Source of the DNA: Klebsormidium nitens
Taxonomy: Eukaryota > Plantae > Klebsormidiophyceae
Reading direction: 5' to 3'
Length of the DNA stretch: 64,000 bases
NCBI GenBank assembly: GCA_000708835.1
Contig: DF237233.1
Coordinates: forward strand, 1-64,000
In this document: positions 1-12,369 of the stretch, piece by piece
Layout: each line of letters starts with the position of its first letter
How positions within the stretch are numbered: the first letter of the stretch is position 1
Position numbers and translations under genes: made by a program
Notes under the pieces: generated by a model
What the model saw: only the letters and a program-made list of their open reading frames with translations
Told to the model about the DNA's origin: nothing
The model's database searches: none

Positions 1-1357
1 ACCCTAGCCACGCACCGCTCTCCAGCAGAGCCGGCAAAGCAGCGTACTCCGATCCGCAGAACTCTGATTCAAACCCCACCATTTTGTCCTTATGAGCGAT
101 CAAAACCGCCAAGGCGATATCGGCCTCGTCTGCCCGCTCGATAACACGTGGCGCGACCAGGTGCGATGCCCCCCAGTTCGGCGACTCCCCGTCTAGGTCG
201 CGCCACGCGCGCAACTTTTCCAAGCACAGAGTGTAGTCTTCTTTCCACAGCGCGGTTTCGAGGGCGTCGAGTGCCCGGGGTTCGAGCCCCGACTCCACCA
301 CTTCTGCTCGGATGACAGTCAAAAGCTGCTCCTTCCAGGCGGTGTTCTTCTCCCGCTTGGGAAGAATGGTGAGCAGGTTCCTCAAGAAAGACTCTGGCAC
401 GCCCGCTTTGCATCCTGAGAGGACTGCGTGAGCGAGATGTTTCATGCAGTCCCGGTCCGCAAATCGGCCGATACCGTCCCATAAGATCTTGTCCCCTATT
501 TCATAACGCGATAGCTGCTCCTCAAATTCCGACCCCACGTGCATGACTCCCCGCGTGAACTGCACGAAGCTTTGGAATGCTGACAGCATCTTGTCATCCG
601 ACTCATAGCTGAAACTTTCCTTGCTACTTGTGTCTTCAGCTCCGCAATCTTCATCAGAGTCGCTCCCTGTTTCAAACTCTGGTGCAGACTCGTTTGCCAT
701 GACGCTCTCCGTTTCTGCCTCGCTTAATTGCACTGAAGCTCTCTTCTGCGCCTCCACAGATTCAGCGGCAGCCAGAACTCTCATCGGCTCTTCCGCCGGG
801 GTCTCCATCCACCACTTTACAACAGACCTCATGTCATTCCACCATAGATCAGTTTCCTGGTAATTTGAAGTTCCTCCCCGTATCTTTCCTTCCCCAATCT
901 TCTGCTTGACCTGCTGCAGCATCTCGTTCCTATTGAGCACGAGCATATCCGCCACAAGGACCCCCCCCAACTTGAACGGGTCAGCCACCCCCCTGGAAAG
1001 CAAAATCTGAAACGTCTGCGGCAGCTCTAGCAAGACAGCCGCCCGCGCAACAGCAAAGCCTCCATGCCAGCTCGCCTGAGCATCCTTTAACCGCTTGGTT
1101 AAGATGCTAACAAGAAATTTATCTAGCTGGTCAGGCGGTAACGACGCATTCTGCAACCAGCGCCATCTGAACAAACGCAGAAGAGATGTCTTGCTCTGAT
1201 TGAAATGCCACCACTCTGCCTGCGTCTGAACGTCGTGAGCTGCAGCCAGCAGGGAGCGACACGTGGCAGTCAAAGATTGGGGGTTCTCCGCGCGGGCCAG
1301 GATTTGAGAGAGGACCTCTTCGGGCAAAGAGGTGAGGGAAACTCCCGGAGGCGCCAT
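1..1357 (-). CDS. F-box domain protein, intronless over the visible part, 3'-truncated by the window edge (>=452 aa)
   Basis: Manual translation from ATG at 1357 is open to the window edge: MAPPGVSLTSLPEEVLSQILARAENPQSLTATCRSLLAAAHDVQTQAEWW... The N-terminus matches the F-box consensus (L..LP.E.L..I...L......L...CR.L). It includes an acidic linker (GSDSDEDCGAED). The ORF track misses it because there is no stop in the window. Confidence 0.85.
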   Translation of the reverse strand, partial: MAPPGVSLTSLPEEVLSQILARAENPQSLTATCRSLLAAAHDVQTQAEWWHFNQSKTSLLRLFRWRWLQNASLPPDQLDKFLVSILTKRLKDAQASWHGGFAVARAAVLLELPQTFQILLSRGVADPFKLGGVLVADMLVLNRNEMLQQVKQKIGEGKIRGGTSNYQETDLWWNDMRSVVKWWMETPAEEPMRVLAAAESVEAQKRASVQLSEAETESVMANESAPEFETGSDSDEDCGAEDTSSKESFSYESDDKMLSAFQSFVQFTRGVMHVGSEFEEQLSRYEIGDKILWDGIGRFADRDCMKHLAHAVLSGCKAGVPESFLRNLLTILPKREKNTAWKEQLLTVIRAEVVESGLEPRALDALETALWKEDYTLCLEKLRAWRDLDGESPNWGASHLVAPRVIERADEADIALAVLIAHKDKMVGFESEFCGSEYAALPALLESGAWLG

Positions 1358-1584
1358 CTTAGAGGCTGAGGTATCTTCGACTCTTTGCCTGTTTTCATCA
1401 CAAATGCCTCGTGATCCTTCTCGTTGCAGGCGGCCGCGGGCGCACTGAGGGCGTATCGCCGCACGCGGCCGCAGATTATCGCTAGCAGGGTTTGGACTCC
1501 GGAAAGATTGAACCTCCATGGAGGTTTGGACGCCAATTCTTCAATGACTGAGCGGGGTCAAGGAGGTTTATTAATTAATTTGGG

Positions 1585-1744
1585 GACCGGGACCGGGAAC
1601 GCTGTTGGAAGGGCTGACGTGGCGAGGTTTAGGGTTTTGACCCGGGGCTTCCCGATCAATGATTGGTCGAATAAAGCCTAGCCCAGGGTTTCGCCCCGAA
1701 ACCCCGCCACGTCAGCCCTTCCAACAGCATCCCCGGCCTCGGTC
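1585..1744. promoter_or_regulatory. ~160-bp imperfect palindrome upstream of the F-box gene, with mirrored TGACGTGG sites and a telobox-like TTTAGGGTTT
   Basis: Perfect 24-bp inverted repeat GCTGTTGGAAGGGCTGACGTGGCG (1601-1624 vs 1705-1728), extended imperfectly to 1585/1744. Central near-palindrome CGATCAATGATTGGTCG at 1653-1669. It lies ~230 bp upstream of the ATG. Confidence 0.55.
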
Positions 1745-1901
1745 TCAAAGTTACTGATTCTCTTTGACCGCGCTCTGACCAAATTCGATCTTCGCCGGAC
1801 GACCGTGGCTGTATGAAGTAGCACAAGCTATTGGATGCAAAGGCAATTGACACACAGTTTGATATCTGTGACAATCAGAAACCCGCAGCATGCATGCTCA
1901 C

Positions 1902-2825
1902 CTGATTTCTCCAGCTTTTCGTAAGGCCTCTGCAGTGACTAAAATTCTGGTGTCTGGGGGTTAGCGTGTCATACCCTGAAGAGGAGGAGGCGAGAGATGA
2001 CGTCAGCCTTTTGCCTGCAGAAAATCTTCAGTTGCTTGGCCGGTTAGAGCGGGTTCAAGAAGTCGTCTCGAAGTTCCAGAACCAAACCAGAATCGAGAGC
2101 TTCTGGCCCAGCCCCGCTCAGTCTGCTTGATCACGTGCCGCTTCTAGTTGAAGCCCTAGATCGCCTGCGCTTTCTTGCTCTGCTTTCTACGTCCAGGAAG
2201 TCCGTCAACGTACGTTGTCAGCAAGAATCACCGCACCTTCCCTTGACCACGACGGCCAAGGGATGAACTGATCATCGCCTCTTTGTTGCGTGAAAGAGAC
2301 CAGATCGAAAGTGCTCGTTCCTCACCGAGCGAGTCTAGTCTCCCCGTACGAAATCAAAGATCCATGATCCCTCGCCGCGGACGTCACATTCTGCGCCTGC
2401 CACAAGACGACGTCGTCCAACAAGGATTTTTGGACACGCCACACCCGCAAGGGCACTCCGTCACGCAATCAAAGCTGACGTCAGAGCGTCCGACGTGACG
2501 TGCTATCGGCCGAGACGCCAGTACGCGGACGAATTCCGGGCGCGTCCAAAGTCGATTGAGACAGAATGCCCGCACCCAGACAAGTTCTTGTCGGGTGCAG
2601 AGAAGATTCATTGTCTAGGATCTGAAACGAGTACAGCGGCGCGAGACGCTGACCATTCGAGTCGCAGGCAAGATGTAGATGAGACGATCAGTACCGCGCC
2701 GCTTGATGTAAAGCGCGCGTTGGTTCTGATTTCGTGAATGATGAGCAAGGACAGAGCGACGACCAGTCACCGCAGTAAGAGCACCAACTTGGAAGACCCC
2801 ACGAAGTGTGATCCGAACGGAGGCT
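1902..2825 (-). pseudogene. Decayed reading frame with weak WD40/beta-propeller-like motifs
   Basis: One frame reads ...HLACDSNGQRLAPLYSFQILD...VPLRVWRVQKSLLDDVVLWQAQNVTSAARDHGSL... with five TGA stops. After a frameshift a second frame ends at a CAG|GTGAG donor near 1901. Confidence 0.3.
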
Positions 2826-5610
2826 TTATTCGTGACTCGCTGCTCAGTTTGAATCTTTCTGAAAAGAATAGGACGGGAGTAGATACATAGCAGAACGGAG
2901 CTTTCTTTCCTAAGAAATGGGTGGGCAGTCATGGTAGAGACCCTGTCCGGGGTGAGTTCTGGCTCTGGACAGCCAGAAGAAGAGTCTGTATTCCTTGCCC
3001 TCAGAACTCTACCGGTAACCATGGTCTGATACCGATCCTGCGATCCATATGTAGAACGTAGGGTCTTGTCGATGCAAAGACTCGATCACAGAGCAGTCGA
3101 ATACCATCCACGAGGATCTATGACTTTTTCCGCCAGGCCGAGATTCTTCCTTGCTCTTCGAATGGTACGAAATTCTCTTGCGAAGGCAACCCGGATTTGC
3201 AGCGCACCCTGATGGGTAGTGTCTTTGTTTACAAGTTATCTTAAGAAGGGCCAGCCTCCTCTTGGATTGCGTGGGTTGAAGAGGTTGAGTGTGTAGCAAT
3301 TTTCTCCCAAGAATCGTCAGAGAGGTGTATAAGGTATTCGTCGGTGAGCCTTACGAGGGGACTTATGTATACGCCGGTCAACAAAGGTAGAGCACTGATT
3401 GCACTGGGAGCTCGCTGGACGAATCAGGCTTTGAAAGCCGCTCCAATAAAGCTCGTAAGCGGCGGGCCACTTTCAGATGCCGCCACCGTATCTAGTGGGC
3501 TTACCCCCTCTGCCTTAGCAGGCGTAGGTGCACTGAACACTTCACGTGCAAATCACATCAAAAAGCGTAATCTGTTGGATTCCCCCAGAATGTATCGTCG
3601 GTGATTGAACGGTGACCAAGCATGTATTTCCTAGCTAAGTACTTCCACTTTGGCAAATACAGGCGCACTCTTTTCTTGCCCACCATTTTACATAACAAGC
3701 AGGATCACGGCAAGGTGCAGTAATAAAGTAAGAGGCACATATCCGTCTTGGGAAACCGTGTCGAAGCTCTAGCCTTAAGTCCGGCATACGTCTGCATTCA
3801 CTGCATCCTAAATCGTTTTACTTTCCCATCCAGCTTTAACGGCACTGGCGGCACTGCTATAGGACATTGCTTCTCTGCAAGTTATATACTATAAAGCGCG
3901 GAGAAACGGAAGGGTGACACCGCTTGAAGCTAGGCGCTTGGCGACGCTGTGATGCGCTCTACATAATCAAATTTTCGGACACCGTTAAGGAGCTCAACGA
4001 TGGAACCACGGCAAATTCAACCAGGCTGCACCATGTCCCATCGTTACCCGAACCCGAATCCGTGACGTTGAATGCGCCCTAGAGAGATGAAATGGAAAGT
4101 GGTAGAGGCGCGGCAGTCGGATTACACATCTTCCACTTCACGGGAAGCCCGGGTTCATCACCTTTCGGGCTTCCTCCTTGCCTCAATGGCCTCCTCCATC
4201 AAAGAGGCGTTTAGATTACCACGGTTCTCAAGCGCGTAATCACAGCAGGACCATTGACCAAGGCACGTAGATTCGAGAATTCTTGTACAACTGAACTCTG
4301 CTGAGATCCGGTTCAGGTCTGTGGGTCTGTACAGCCCGCTTTGCGAGGTTTTGAGGTGAGGAAAAGCAGGTGCAGGTGTCAACTGGAGACAAGTACTAGC
4401 ACTTTTCAAATAAAGCGTATTCAATCCCGAGAACAGGTGGTTTTCGTTTTGGGGTCCGTGACTCGCAGACGCCAGCAGAGTCGTATGAGAAAACCGACTG
4501 TACTAGTTGCTCGCGTGCAGTGGCCGTGCGCGCATGATTGAACGGCGATCATACATAAGCGAGGTCCCAAGTTCGAGTGCGTCCGATACAGCGGAAAGCC
4601 CAAATAAAATAATTGCTCTCAATCTGGACATTCGCCCGCAACTTACGCAACGGAAGTGCCGCTTCCGCAAAAAGCTTCAAACAGAAAATGGACTAGTGTG
4701 CTCGGCCAGGGACTCCGCTAAGAAAATCTGATCAGGCAGCGGTCGAGCACCTTTCGTAATGAAACAGCAACCGATCCGGTCGCCAAGTAAGGGAGTCCCT
4801 GTTTTCTACTCGGCAGTATTATGAAGGTACAAATTGAACCAGTTGCAATTGCAGCGCCGGTGACGTGCGTGTACCGCTAATTGACGTACGCTGACGTAAG
4901 AGCGATTTGCAGAATCCCCAAAAAAAGCTTCGGCCCGCGCATGCAACGCAAACTATGGGGCTTGTCAAGCGAAGCCTGTAGGATTGACCAACTTTGAAGC
5001 CGGCCAGAGCCGGGATTTCATCATAGCCCTTTTCAGCCCAATCGCACAAAAAGATGGAGGCAATCAATTCTCAAACCCAAGTATATATAGCGACGAGATC
5101 GCGCTGCCATTCGTGGTTGGGCTCGGAGTGCTGGCGGGCGTCCGATTGCATCCCAAGAAAATCAGAAGCTTGCAGTAGATTCAATCTGCAAATTGTCCCT
5201 GCCCAGAGCCCGTCAAAGTTGGGCATAACTTACCAGAAGGGCGAAGGATATATTTAGGGTAAGCAGTGGCAGACTCAATCCGGGCGCTGTGGGAAAGCGC
5301 ACGGTACGTAATAAACGACCATACGAATAGCGAAGGTTTTGCCTGCCATGCCAGGCGGATTGGCTCTCAAGGAGGCTCGCACTGTGGACGATACGTACAC
5401 TGGCCAAGTGCGCCATGCCAGCGGTTTCGAGTGCCTTCCTTGCCAAAGCAGACTAGTTGTTTAACTTTAATTTGGTGTCTTGCAGTTGGTTACAGACTGA
5501 CTAGAATTGGACCTGCTTTGAGCTCGATCTCTGAAAGCTTTTCAATTCAACATCTCATGATCTGCACAGCAGAACCTGGATCTTACAATCTGTCGCAAAA
5601 GAATAGGGGC

Positions 5611-6384
5611 CCGCTAATCTTGACCACAGGGGAGATTTTAAGTTCCGGTCGGCGAGCGCGGGGCGAGCGCGGGATCCGGTCCGGAGTCCGGAGCCAATTA
5701 AAGTCCGGAGCGAGCGGCAGACTGACCGACCGCCGGACTGTGACTTAGGTGGGGTTAGCAGGGCGGTTAGGGTGGGTGCGGGTGAGCTCTGGCGGGACGA
5801 CTTAGGGTTAGGGTGTGTCACTTACCCTTAGGTTTTTAGTTTGTCGTCACCTTACAGTAACTTTGGTGGGGAAAGTTTGGGGGTTAGGGTGGGTTTGGGT
5901 AGGTCCAGGCGGGACGACTTAGGGTTAGAGAGCATGGACCCTGTGGTTTACTGTTCACGGTCCGGCGGTCGGTCGGTCCAGCTGGTCCGGCCGGGGTAGG
6001 CCACCCGCCGAGACCCGCAGTGGCACGGTACGTACCGATACTGGCAAGTTGGATCTTGAAAAATCTGCCGGACCGACCGACCGGCGGACCGAGCCGTGAG
6101 GTCCGGCAGTCGGTCGGTCCGCCTGGTCCGACTGAGGTTGAATCTGCGAGTGCAGTCCGGCGGTCGGTCGGTCTGGCTGCCTGGTCCGGCCGGCCTGGGT
6201 TGCCAAAATGCAGTCCGGCGGTCGGTCGGTCCGCCTGGTCCGACCGGGGTGGGGCAGCAGTGCTACACTGGTCTGGCGTCCGGGAATCGGAAACACAATT
6301 GTACTGATTGTAGGAAAGCATGCGGAGCGGAACGCCGTGCCAGAACGGAAAACTTAAAATGTCCCCTATGGACAAGATTAGCGT
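5611..6384. mobile_element. Non-autonomous TIR DNA transposon (MITE-like, ~775 bp) with subterminal repeats
   Basis: 33-bp TIR CGCTAATCTTGACCACAGGGGAGATTTTAAGTT (5612-5644) vs the reverse complement of 6351-6383 (CGCTAATCTTGTCCATAGGGGACATTTTAAGTT; 3 mismatches). About six copies of GTCCGGCGGTCGGTCGGTC occur in both orientations. Possible 3-bp TSD GGC (5608-5610 / 6385-6387). No coding capacity. Confidence 0.8.
5745..5932 (+). repeat. Degenerate TTAGGG-containing, G-quadruplex-prone direct repeat inside the MITE
   Basis: Two related copies ending GGCGGGACGACTTAGGGTTAG. Four-G-run motifs occur at 5761-5782 and 5879-5899 (GGGGGTTAGGGTGGGTTTGGG). Confidence 0.65.
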
Positions 6385-6944
6385 GGCGGTACAAAAGAAG
6401 ATGCCGCTGACGAGACCTCTACCTCGACCGAAATGCTTGATGCAAGTCAGGCTCCAATCTCGTTGCTGCACGCACGATTGATTCGGGCGTCATGACGAAC
6501 CTTGAGGTCACTTGTGATCAGGCACTTCAGCCCGATCACCGACTCTGATGATTAGGCTTTGCCTTCGACTGATCGTGAACCGCTCCACCGAAAAGAAGGC
6601 CGCGAAGCTAGCTTTTACGTGACGGGCATTTATCTATCTGACTTAGTTTTGATACGCAGACATGCCTTTCCTTTGGTGAAAATGAAAAGAGGTGTTCTCT
6701 CCAGCTTGCAGGTACAGTGCTTCTGACTTAGGGCAGATTGCTATCCTGCAAGCTGGTCTCCATTCCTTTTAATGCTGCGTCCAATGGGCTTCAATTGTTC
6801 ATTAAAAGGCACTCAACTTCGGATGCATGACCACACTGGCCGTCGAGCGACGTTCTCACTGCCTTAAGAAGACTCGGATATTCAATGGGCAGTGCCCAAC
6901 GGCAAAAGTAAAACACGAGAGAAACCTTCAAAAGTGGCCCACAG

Positions 6945-7260
6945 GGCTAGGAGCGCGAGCGGAACTTGAACAGGAGCGGAACGGCGGCCGCGAGCGGAAA
7001 GGCGGCAGGACCGCCGATAAAATTGGCGGAAGGGGTCCGGTGGCATGTGGAACGGTGGAACGGAGGCTGACGAAAGAGTGCAGCTTTCGCAGCTTGCCCG
7101 CGGACTGGTGTCGTGCGTGAATAACGGTCGTAAGAAAAGTCTAGTCGCAAGCTACACCACTATGCGCGGGCGGCCTGGGGAACGAGCGGAATGACAGTCG
7201 GCGGCGGGACGCCAAGACGTTCGAGCGGCGTCGCAACGTCTTCGCTGTGGGCAGCCTGGA
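6945..7260 (+). repeat. GC-rich GGAACGG-motif island (copy 1 of a dispersed family)
   Basis: Repeated (C/T)GGAACGG. Shares CGGAACGGCGGCCGCG with the island near 11930. Confidence 0.4.
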
Positions 7261-10200
7261 CACAAATGCGGGCAGCATTCAGAAATAGACGATCAAAATT
7301 TAAAAGATAGTCGGTCACGAATTAGGGACTCGATGCCAGTCGCTCTAGAGCTTTCTGCAGCGGTCACTCGACGGTGGAAACAAAGTTTCTCTTTTGATGG
7401 AGAAGGTGGGGGTACAAAGATTCATGCAAATGACTATCAGATTCCTACAGCCATCAGATCATGGCGCTTGACGCCACTGCTCAATGGGCCATCTTTTCCA
7501 AAGTTCATCTTTAAGGTGCAACATATCGCTCTAGTCTCTGGAACCCCTGCCCACGGCATGTGTTTTGAGTAGGAATGCGCTAACTCGATGCGGAAGCTTT
7601 CATACGCTCTGGCAGAAAACAAACAACCATCGAACCTCACAACCTGGTCTTATACAGAATCTATCGATTGATCGATGCGAGCGAGTTGATATTGAATTAA
7701 TCTGGATCACACTTCTTCAATGTCTATGACCGATGTGGAACCTACTCATATGCAACTTCACATACTATGCTTCCAGTTGCGCAACAGCACTTGGGGTTTG
7801 AGGTAAACATATTCAGGTTTGATATGAATGTTGATCACGTATCCGCCGTTCTTCACAGCCGCTTGCAGCGGCAGAGAGGATGAATATGGTTTCGAGGGTT
7901 TTGTCGTGCAAGAAGAAAGACTACCCGATCTATTTCCAGATCCATTAGAAAAAATATCAATCTCCAATCAAGTGGTCATGTGGGCGCCCGACCGGTGAGC
8001 TGATGTCAAAGGCAAGCGTTTGTGGAAGGCGACTGGTTCCCGAAGTTCTGGATCCTTATTGCTTGTTGACTCGCTGTTAAGTTTAGAGCTGTAAAGCGAG
8101 AAATGAAACAGCGCAACTCGAGCGAAAGGATCGACGAAGTACCAACAGGCGTGGACTACATTTCGCCATGTAGACGGGAGACGGGAAGCGTTTGAGTACC
8201 AGCTTGCGAAGAAGCACGTCCCAGATCTAACAGAATAGGTTAACCGATCTGTAATATATTGAGGCAATCGGACCAGCAAGTGTCCACCGACTGGCGCTGT
8301 TGGCCGTCGAAAGTGTTAACTTCACTGCCACGTCGAAGCAAGGCTATATACGTTTACTATTTTAGTTCCACCTTACCACGCAGAAGCTCTTCTTGCGTGA
8401 TACAGTCCTGTCTTTCTCCCCAAAATATCGTGCCGTCTCGTGATTATTCTCACGAAAAGCAGTGTTTTTCTGGATCCGTCATCATCTGGAATATGACTAC
8501 CCGTTCAGCCACACCGATACGTTGCACCGTCAGAGAAGCAAGCTGCGCATACCGTCAAGGTACTGAATATGTAAGCGAGAACTTGAGTCGTCCTCCTTTC
8601 ATGAAGACATCCGTTTCGAAAAAGCCAACAATCATAGCGCAAAAAGAGCTGCTATGTCATGGTAATCAGCTGAAATATTTAATTTGTAAGCCTCATGCAT
8701 TGATTTTGCGGCCAGCGGGCTTAAAAATACAGACTTTGACCGCCGCGAAACTTTGTTATAGCACGTAAGAATCTTGGCGAACTGTAGAGAGTGGCTAAGA
8801 CGGGACCGACAACCAATGACCAGAACGGCCAAATCCAGAAATAATCATCGCCGTGCATCTGCATCGCCCTTCAGATCAGGAGCACTAGAAAGCGCTCCCC
8901 CAACCAAACCAGCTGATTGAGCTACTGCTGTGGTAGTCGATGTTTATGAGCACACGCATAACGTCACTGGGCAGTTCAATTCAAGGCCTTCTTGGGTAGA
9001 TTTCAACGGTAATACTTCTTCAAACGTCAATCCAAGTCGTGATTGTTCTTACTAGTCAAGACCAATCGTCGAGACGAAGACAGTTCAGCGGAGAGAGGAA
9101 GAAAACAGGTTCAAACAAGTTTCACTTGGTGACGAAGACTTCCCCAAGGGTTTCAGGCAGGGTACAAAAAGGCCACTACCATGACAATCTTTGCCAGAAA
9201 GGTCGCCATCCTCGCCCCACCATTGGGCTTATTGAAGACCCTTCGCACATCTAGACATTCAATCTCTGGCAATCAGGCAATTATTTTCAGGACCTAGCTC
9301 ATGCAGGCCGGCCAGTTTCATTACGGATTTCTGATACATGCGTTCACTGCGCTATACTTGAGAGGGAAATGGTACGTCCACTCGTGTCCACTGCCCAGAT
9401 ATATGCTTGAGAGGGAAATGGTACTACTCGAAGTCGCAGACGATGCACCTGTTCAGTCTAGGCTGTCTGAGCAGTGGCCCTATTGTGTAGGTGGGCGCTG
9501 ATTGGCTTGTTCAACCACAAGTTCGCCTCGTCATTGCCCAAGTTCAAGCACCCACATAATGACTGCACCTTTTCTGACGCTTGAGTCGAAATTCAGACCA
9601 GTGGGCTGAGAAGTAGTATCTGCTTCGAGTTCTCATAAACAGCTCAGCTTTACTTTGGTTTGACGCCAGTGTGATGATATAGAGACGGGCATTCAAGTCG
9701 AAAACGGGATTCCTGCTTTGTCCACAGTGGCCACGCAGGTAGATTAATTATTGCCCTGATCTAATGGAGCGCTCTAGCTAACAGCGAGCAAAGTCACTGG
9801 AGTCTGCAATCACGAAGCCGTTCAAGTCGCCGAAGGCGGTCAGTGACGAGACGGTGGTCGCCAGTGTATTACGAGCACTCGTTCAGCATGCGGAACGGTG
9901 GGGCAAGCAGGAGGTGACGCGGCTGTAAGTGAAATGACATGACTTGCTAAGAAAGGGCGCGTGAGCTGCTGACTGGCGACTGCAAACCGGACGGCTTCCT
10001 TACTGAACTCAAAGGTCGCAAAAGGAACCGCATCAACCCTAGTGGTGGAATTACATTTGATTTCGAAGCGGGGACAGAAGATGCAGCCCAATTAAAAAAG
10101 CCTCTCTCCCAGCAGAGTTCAATTCGCTACGACCGATTCGATGTAGTAGCGCATCTGCATTTCTGCACCATGCACAGTTCCTCCACCTTTTTAGGTAAGA

Positions 10201-11619
10201 TGTTTTTTAGGTAAGATCTCGTTGCAGGAGTCTTTGTCGATCTTCGTGTCACGGTGCCACCTGTAATGATTTGAAAGGGGTTTTTATCAATACGAAGGAA
10301 AGAAACTTCGATTTAACGGGTTGTGTCAGCACTGGCGCTAGCTTCTGAATCCGATATCAAGGCTTGGCCCTCTAGCTTATCTACCAAGAAAGGTGCACTT
10401 CGCCACTGCCAGGGGCCCATCAAAGGCTACGTACAGATGCTTGTACCACGAATTGAAAATCGAGTTCGGTAATGCTCAAGAATTTAGCGGTCTTTCTCAA
10501 AATGCAGCTTCGACTGTAGTATCAGATCCCGACAAGTCCGTCGACCTGCTACTGGCGGGTCAAAAAGGTTACTAATTACCGCTTGATTACGTACAATCTG
10601 ACAACCTGCCACCTGGCAATCAGGTCCGGCACGGTTCGGTGCTTCCCGGCACAAGGAGGCAGTTGGGGCCTCCGTGCCGGTACGCGCTCGGACGTACCTT
10701 TCGCTTGTGTTCTAGGTTCCACACCAGGCAACCATATGCAGCTATTGTCGACCGCAAAGTCAGCCGCTTTATTGGAAAGCCAACCTAAATCCTGGATTGG
10801 GCTTGGGCATGTTCCGGCATGCACTAAGTTGGCCCGCTCTGGGATGAGGTGGTAACTAGAAGCGACAGTTGCATTTATTGCTCACTGGGCAGCCATATGT
10901 ACGGCAGCCGATAGACACGTGTGAGGGCGTCTGGACCCTTGAAGCAAGCATGGCTAAGTTCACCAGAGCTGATGACGTCATCGCCCCTTCGACCGGCTGA
11001 CTACTCGATCGCGACGCAAAAGTGCGTTGAAGAATAAACACTCGCATCTTTCTTCTTTTGAACAGCGATCCCGGACAAGCCGACCTGGAGACACGCATCG
11101 ACATTGCCAGAGTCAGTACGATTGAAGCATACCGTTGCATGGGGCAAATCAGACTGATAATTAGCACAATGTGACAATCTCGCGAATAAACAATTGAGCA
11201 CTTTGTCAGTATCTCGGTCTGTTTCAAAGAGACTTCCCCGGTGCTACGAGTGAACGACGTGCTCTCAGTTGCCAGATTGGTTCTCTTTTGAAGATCTGGC
11301 GGAAATTTCACCAAGTAGCTTCGTGCATAGGTGCTTTTTCTATCAGCGTTATCCGGCGGTTATCAAGGCTAGCTGTCACGCCTTTCCCGCGCTGCGCTTC
11401 CGGAATCGTGGTTATGAAATGACTATCAGACTGGCGGTCCCGCCAAGAGCCTTTGCTTTCCTGGTAGAAAATATAACGTGCAGGATCGAAGGCAAGTAGC
11501 AGACCGACTAATGACCAAAGTACCGGCCAAAGCCGAGCTCTCGTCATGTCCCTCAAGAGCGCTATATGCGTCAGGACTGCAAGCACTCAAAAGCTCTGGG
11601 AATCGCGCGGGGCTGACTC

Positions 11620-12260
11620 TCAGGGACTGAACACGGCCGTGGCCTCACGTTGGAACGGAGCACAACGATGAATTTCAGTGACATTCGCCGGCAGAACTGT
11701 TAACAAGCGGAACGGACAGAGTATCATCGAAGGAACCAAGAGGGGCGGCTGAGCATGTTCCGGCAAGCCAGGGGGGGCAAACAACGAAACGGAACAAGCG
11801 AGACACGAAGGCGGTTGACAGACGTATGCTGGTGGCCTTCGCAAGCGGAACGGGCGTGGTGGGCCAGCGGAATGGTAGACCAAGTGAAGCAGTGGTCGCG
11901 ACCTGGGGTCAAGAGCACATTATAGGTCGCAACGGAACGGCGGCCGCGCGCGGCACAACGGAACCAACGGAACTGTACGCGGTTGATGCAATTGAGCGGT
12001 AAAAAGCGCGCACGTCCGCGCTCTCCAGTCACAGCTGGAGAGCGGGCGGCAGCAACCAGAAGTGCAATCCAGAAGCGGAATCGCGGTGACAAGCCGAGGA
12101 TCATGACCGTTCGCAAGCGGAGCGATAGCATCCCGCGGAAGGGGCCAGACACAAGCGGGAGGGGGTCTCGACTGAGTGGGACGGAAGTCTCAAGCGGAGT
12201 GGTAATCCAAATTAGGACTCAAACCGTGGGGGAAATTTTGCATGCGGCCTCGAGTTGCGC
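11620..12260 (+). repeat. GC-rich GGAACGG-motif island (copy 2), probably a decayed non-autonomous element
   Basis: Many CGGAAC(GG) motifs on the same strand. Shares GGTCGCAAC and CGGAACGGCGGC with the islands near 20400-20540 and 6975. Confidence 0.4.
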
Positions 12261-12369
12261 CACAGTTTCGCAACCCATATTGAAGCGAGTGGCAAGAGGA
12301 GGCAGAGCTCGCCGGGTTGAATTGCCCTCTGATTCAGTTAAGCAAAATTTGAAAGCATATCTCTACAAA

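Noticed and set aside
90-482. 130-aa ORF in the track
   Set aside because: It is an off-frame overlap of the real F-box frame, which is open from 1357 to the edge.
2384-2611. CPCGCG motif suggesting a CxC/KDZ transposase domain
   Set aside because: The ORF is short and isolated, another frame explains the region at least as well, and no catalytic motifs are nearby.
5745-5932. True telomere or telomere-healing site
   Set aside because: There are only a few degenerate TTAGGG units, and they are internal to a TIR element.
7300-11600. Protein-like fragments, possibly an endogenised viral or transposase remnant
   Set aside because: Frames break every 30-100 codons and I recognise no hallmark motif; a translated database search is needed.
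12019-12044. Perfect 10-bp stem hairpin (CGCTCTCCAG-loop-CTGGAGAGCG) as a Helitron 3' end
   Set aside because: No CTRR terminus follows on either strand.
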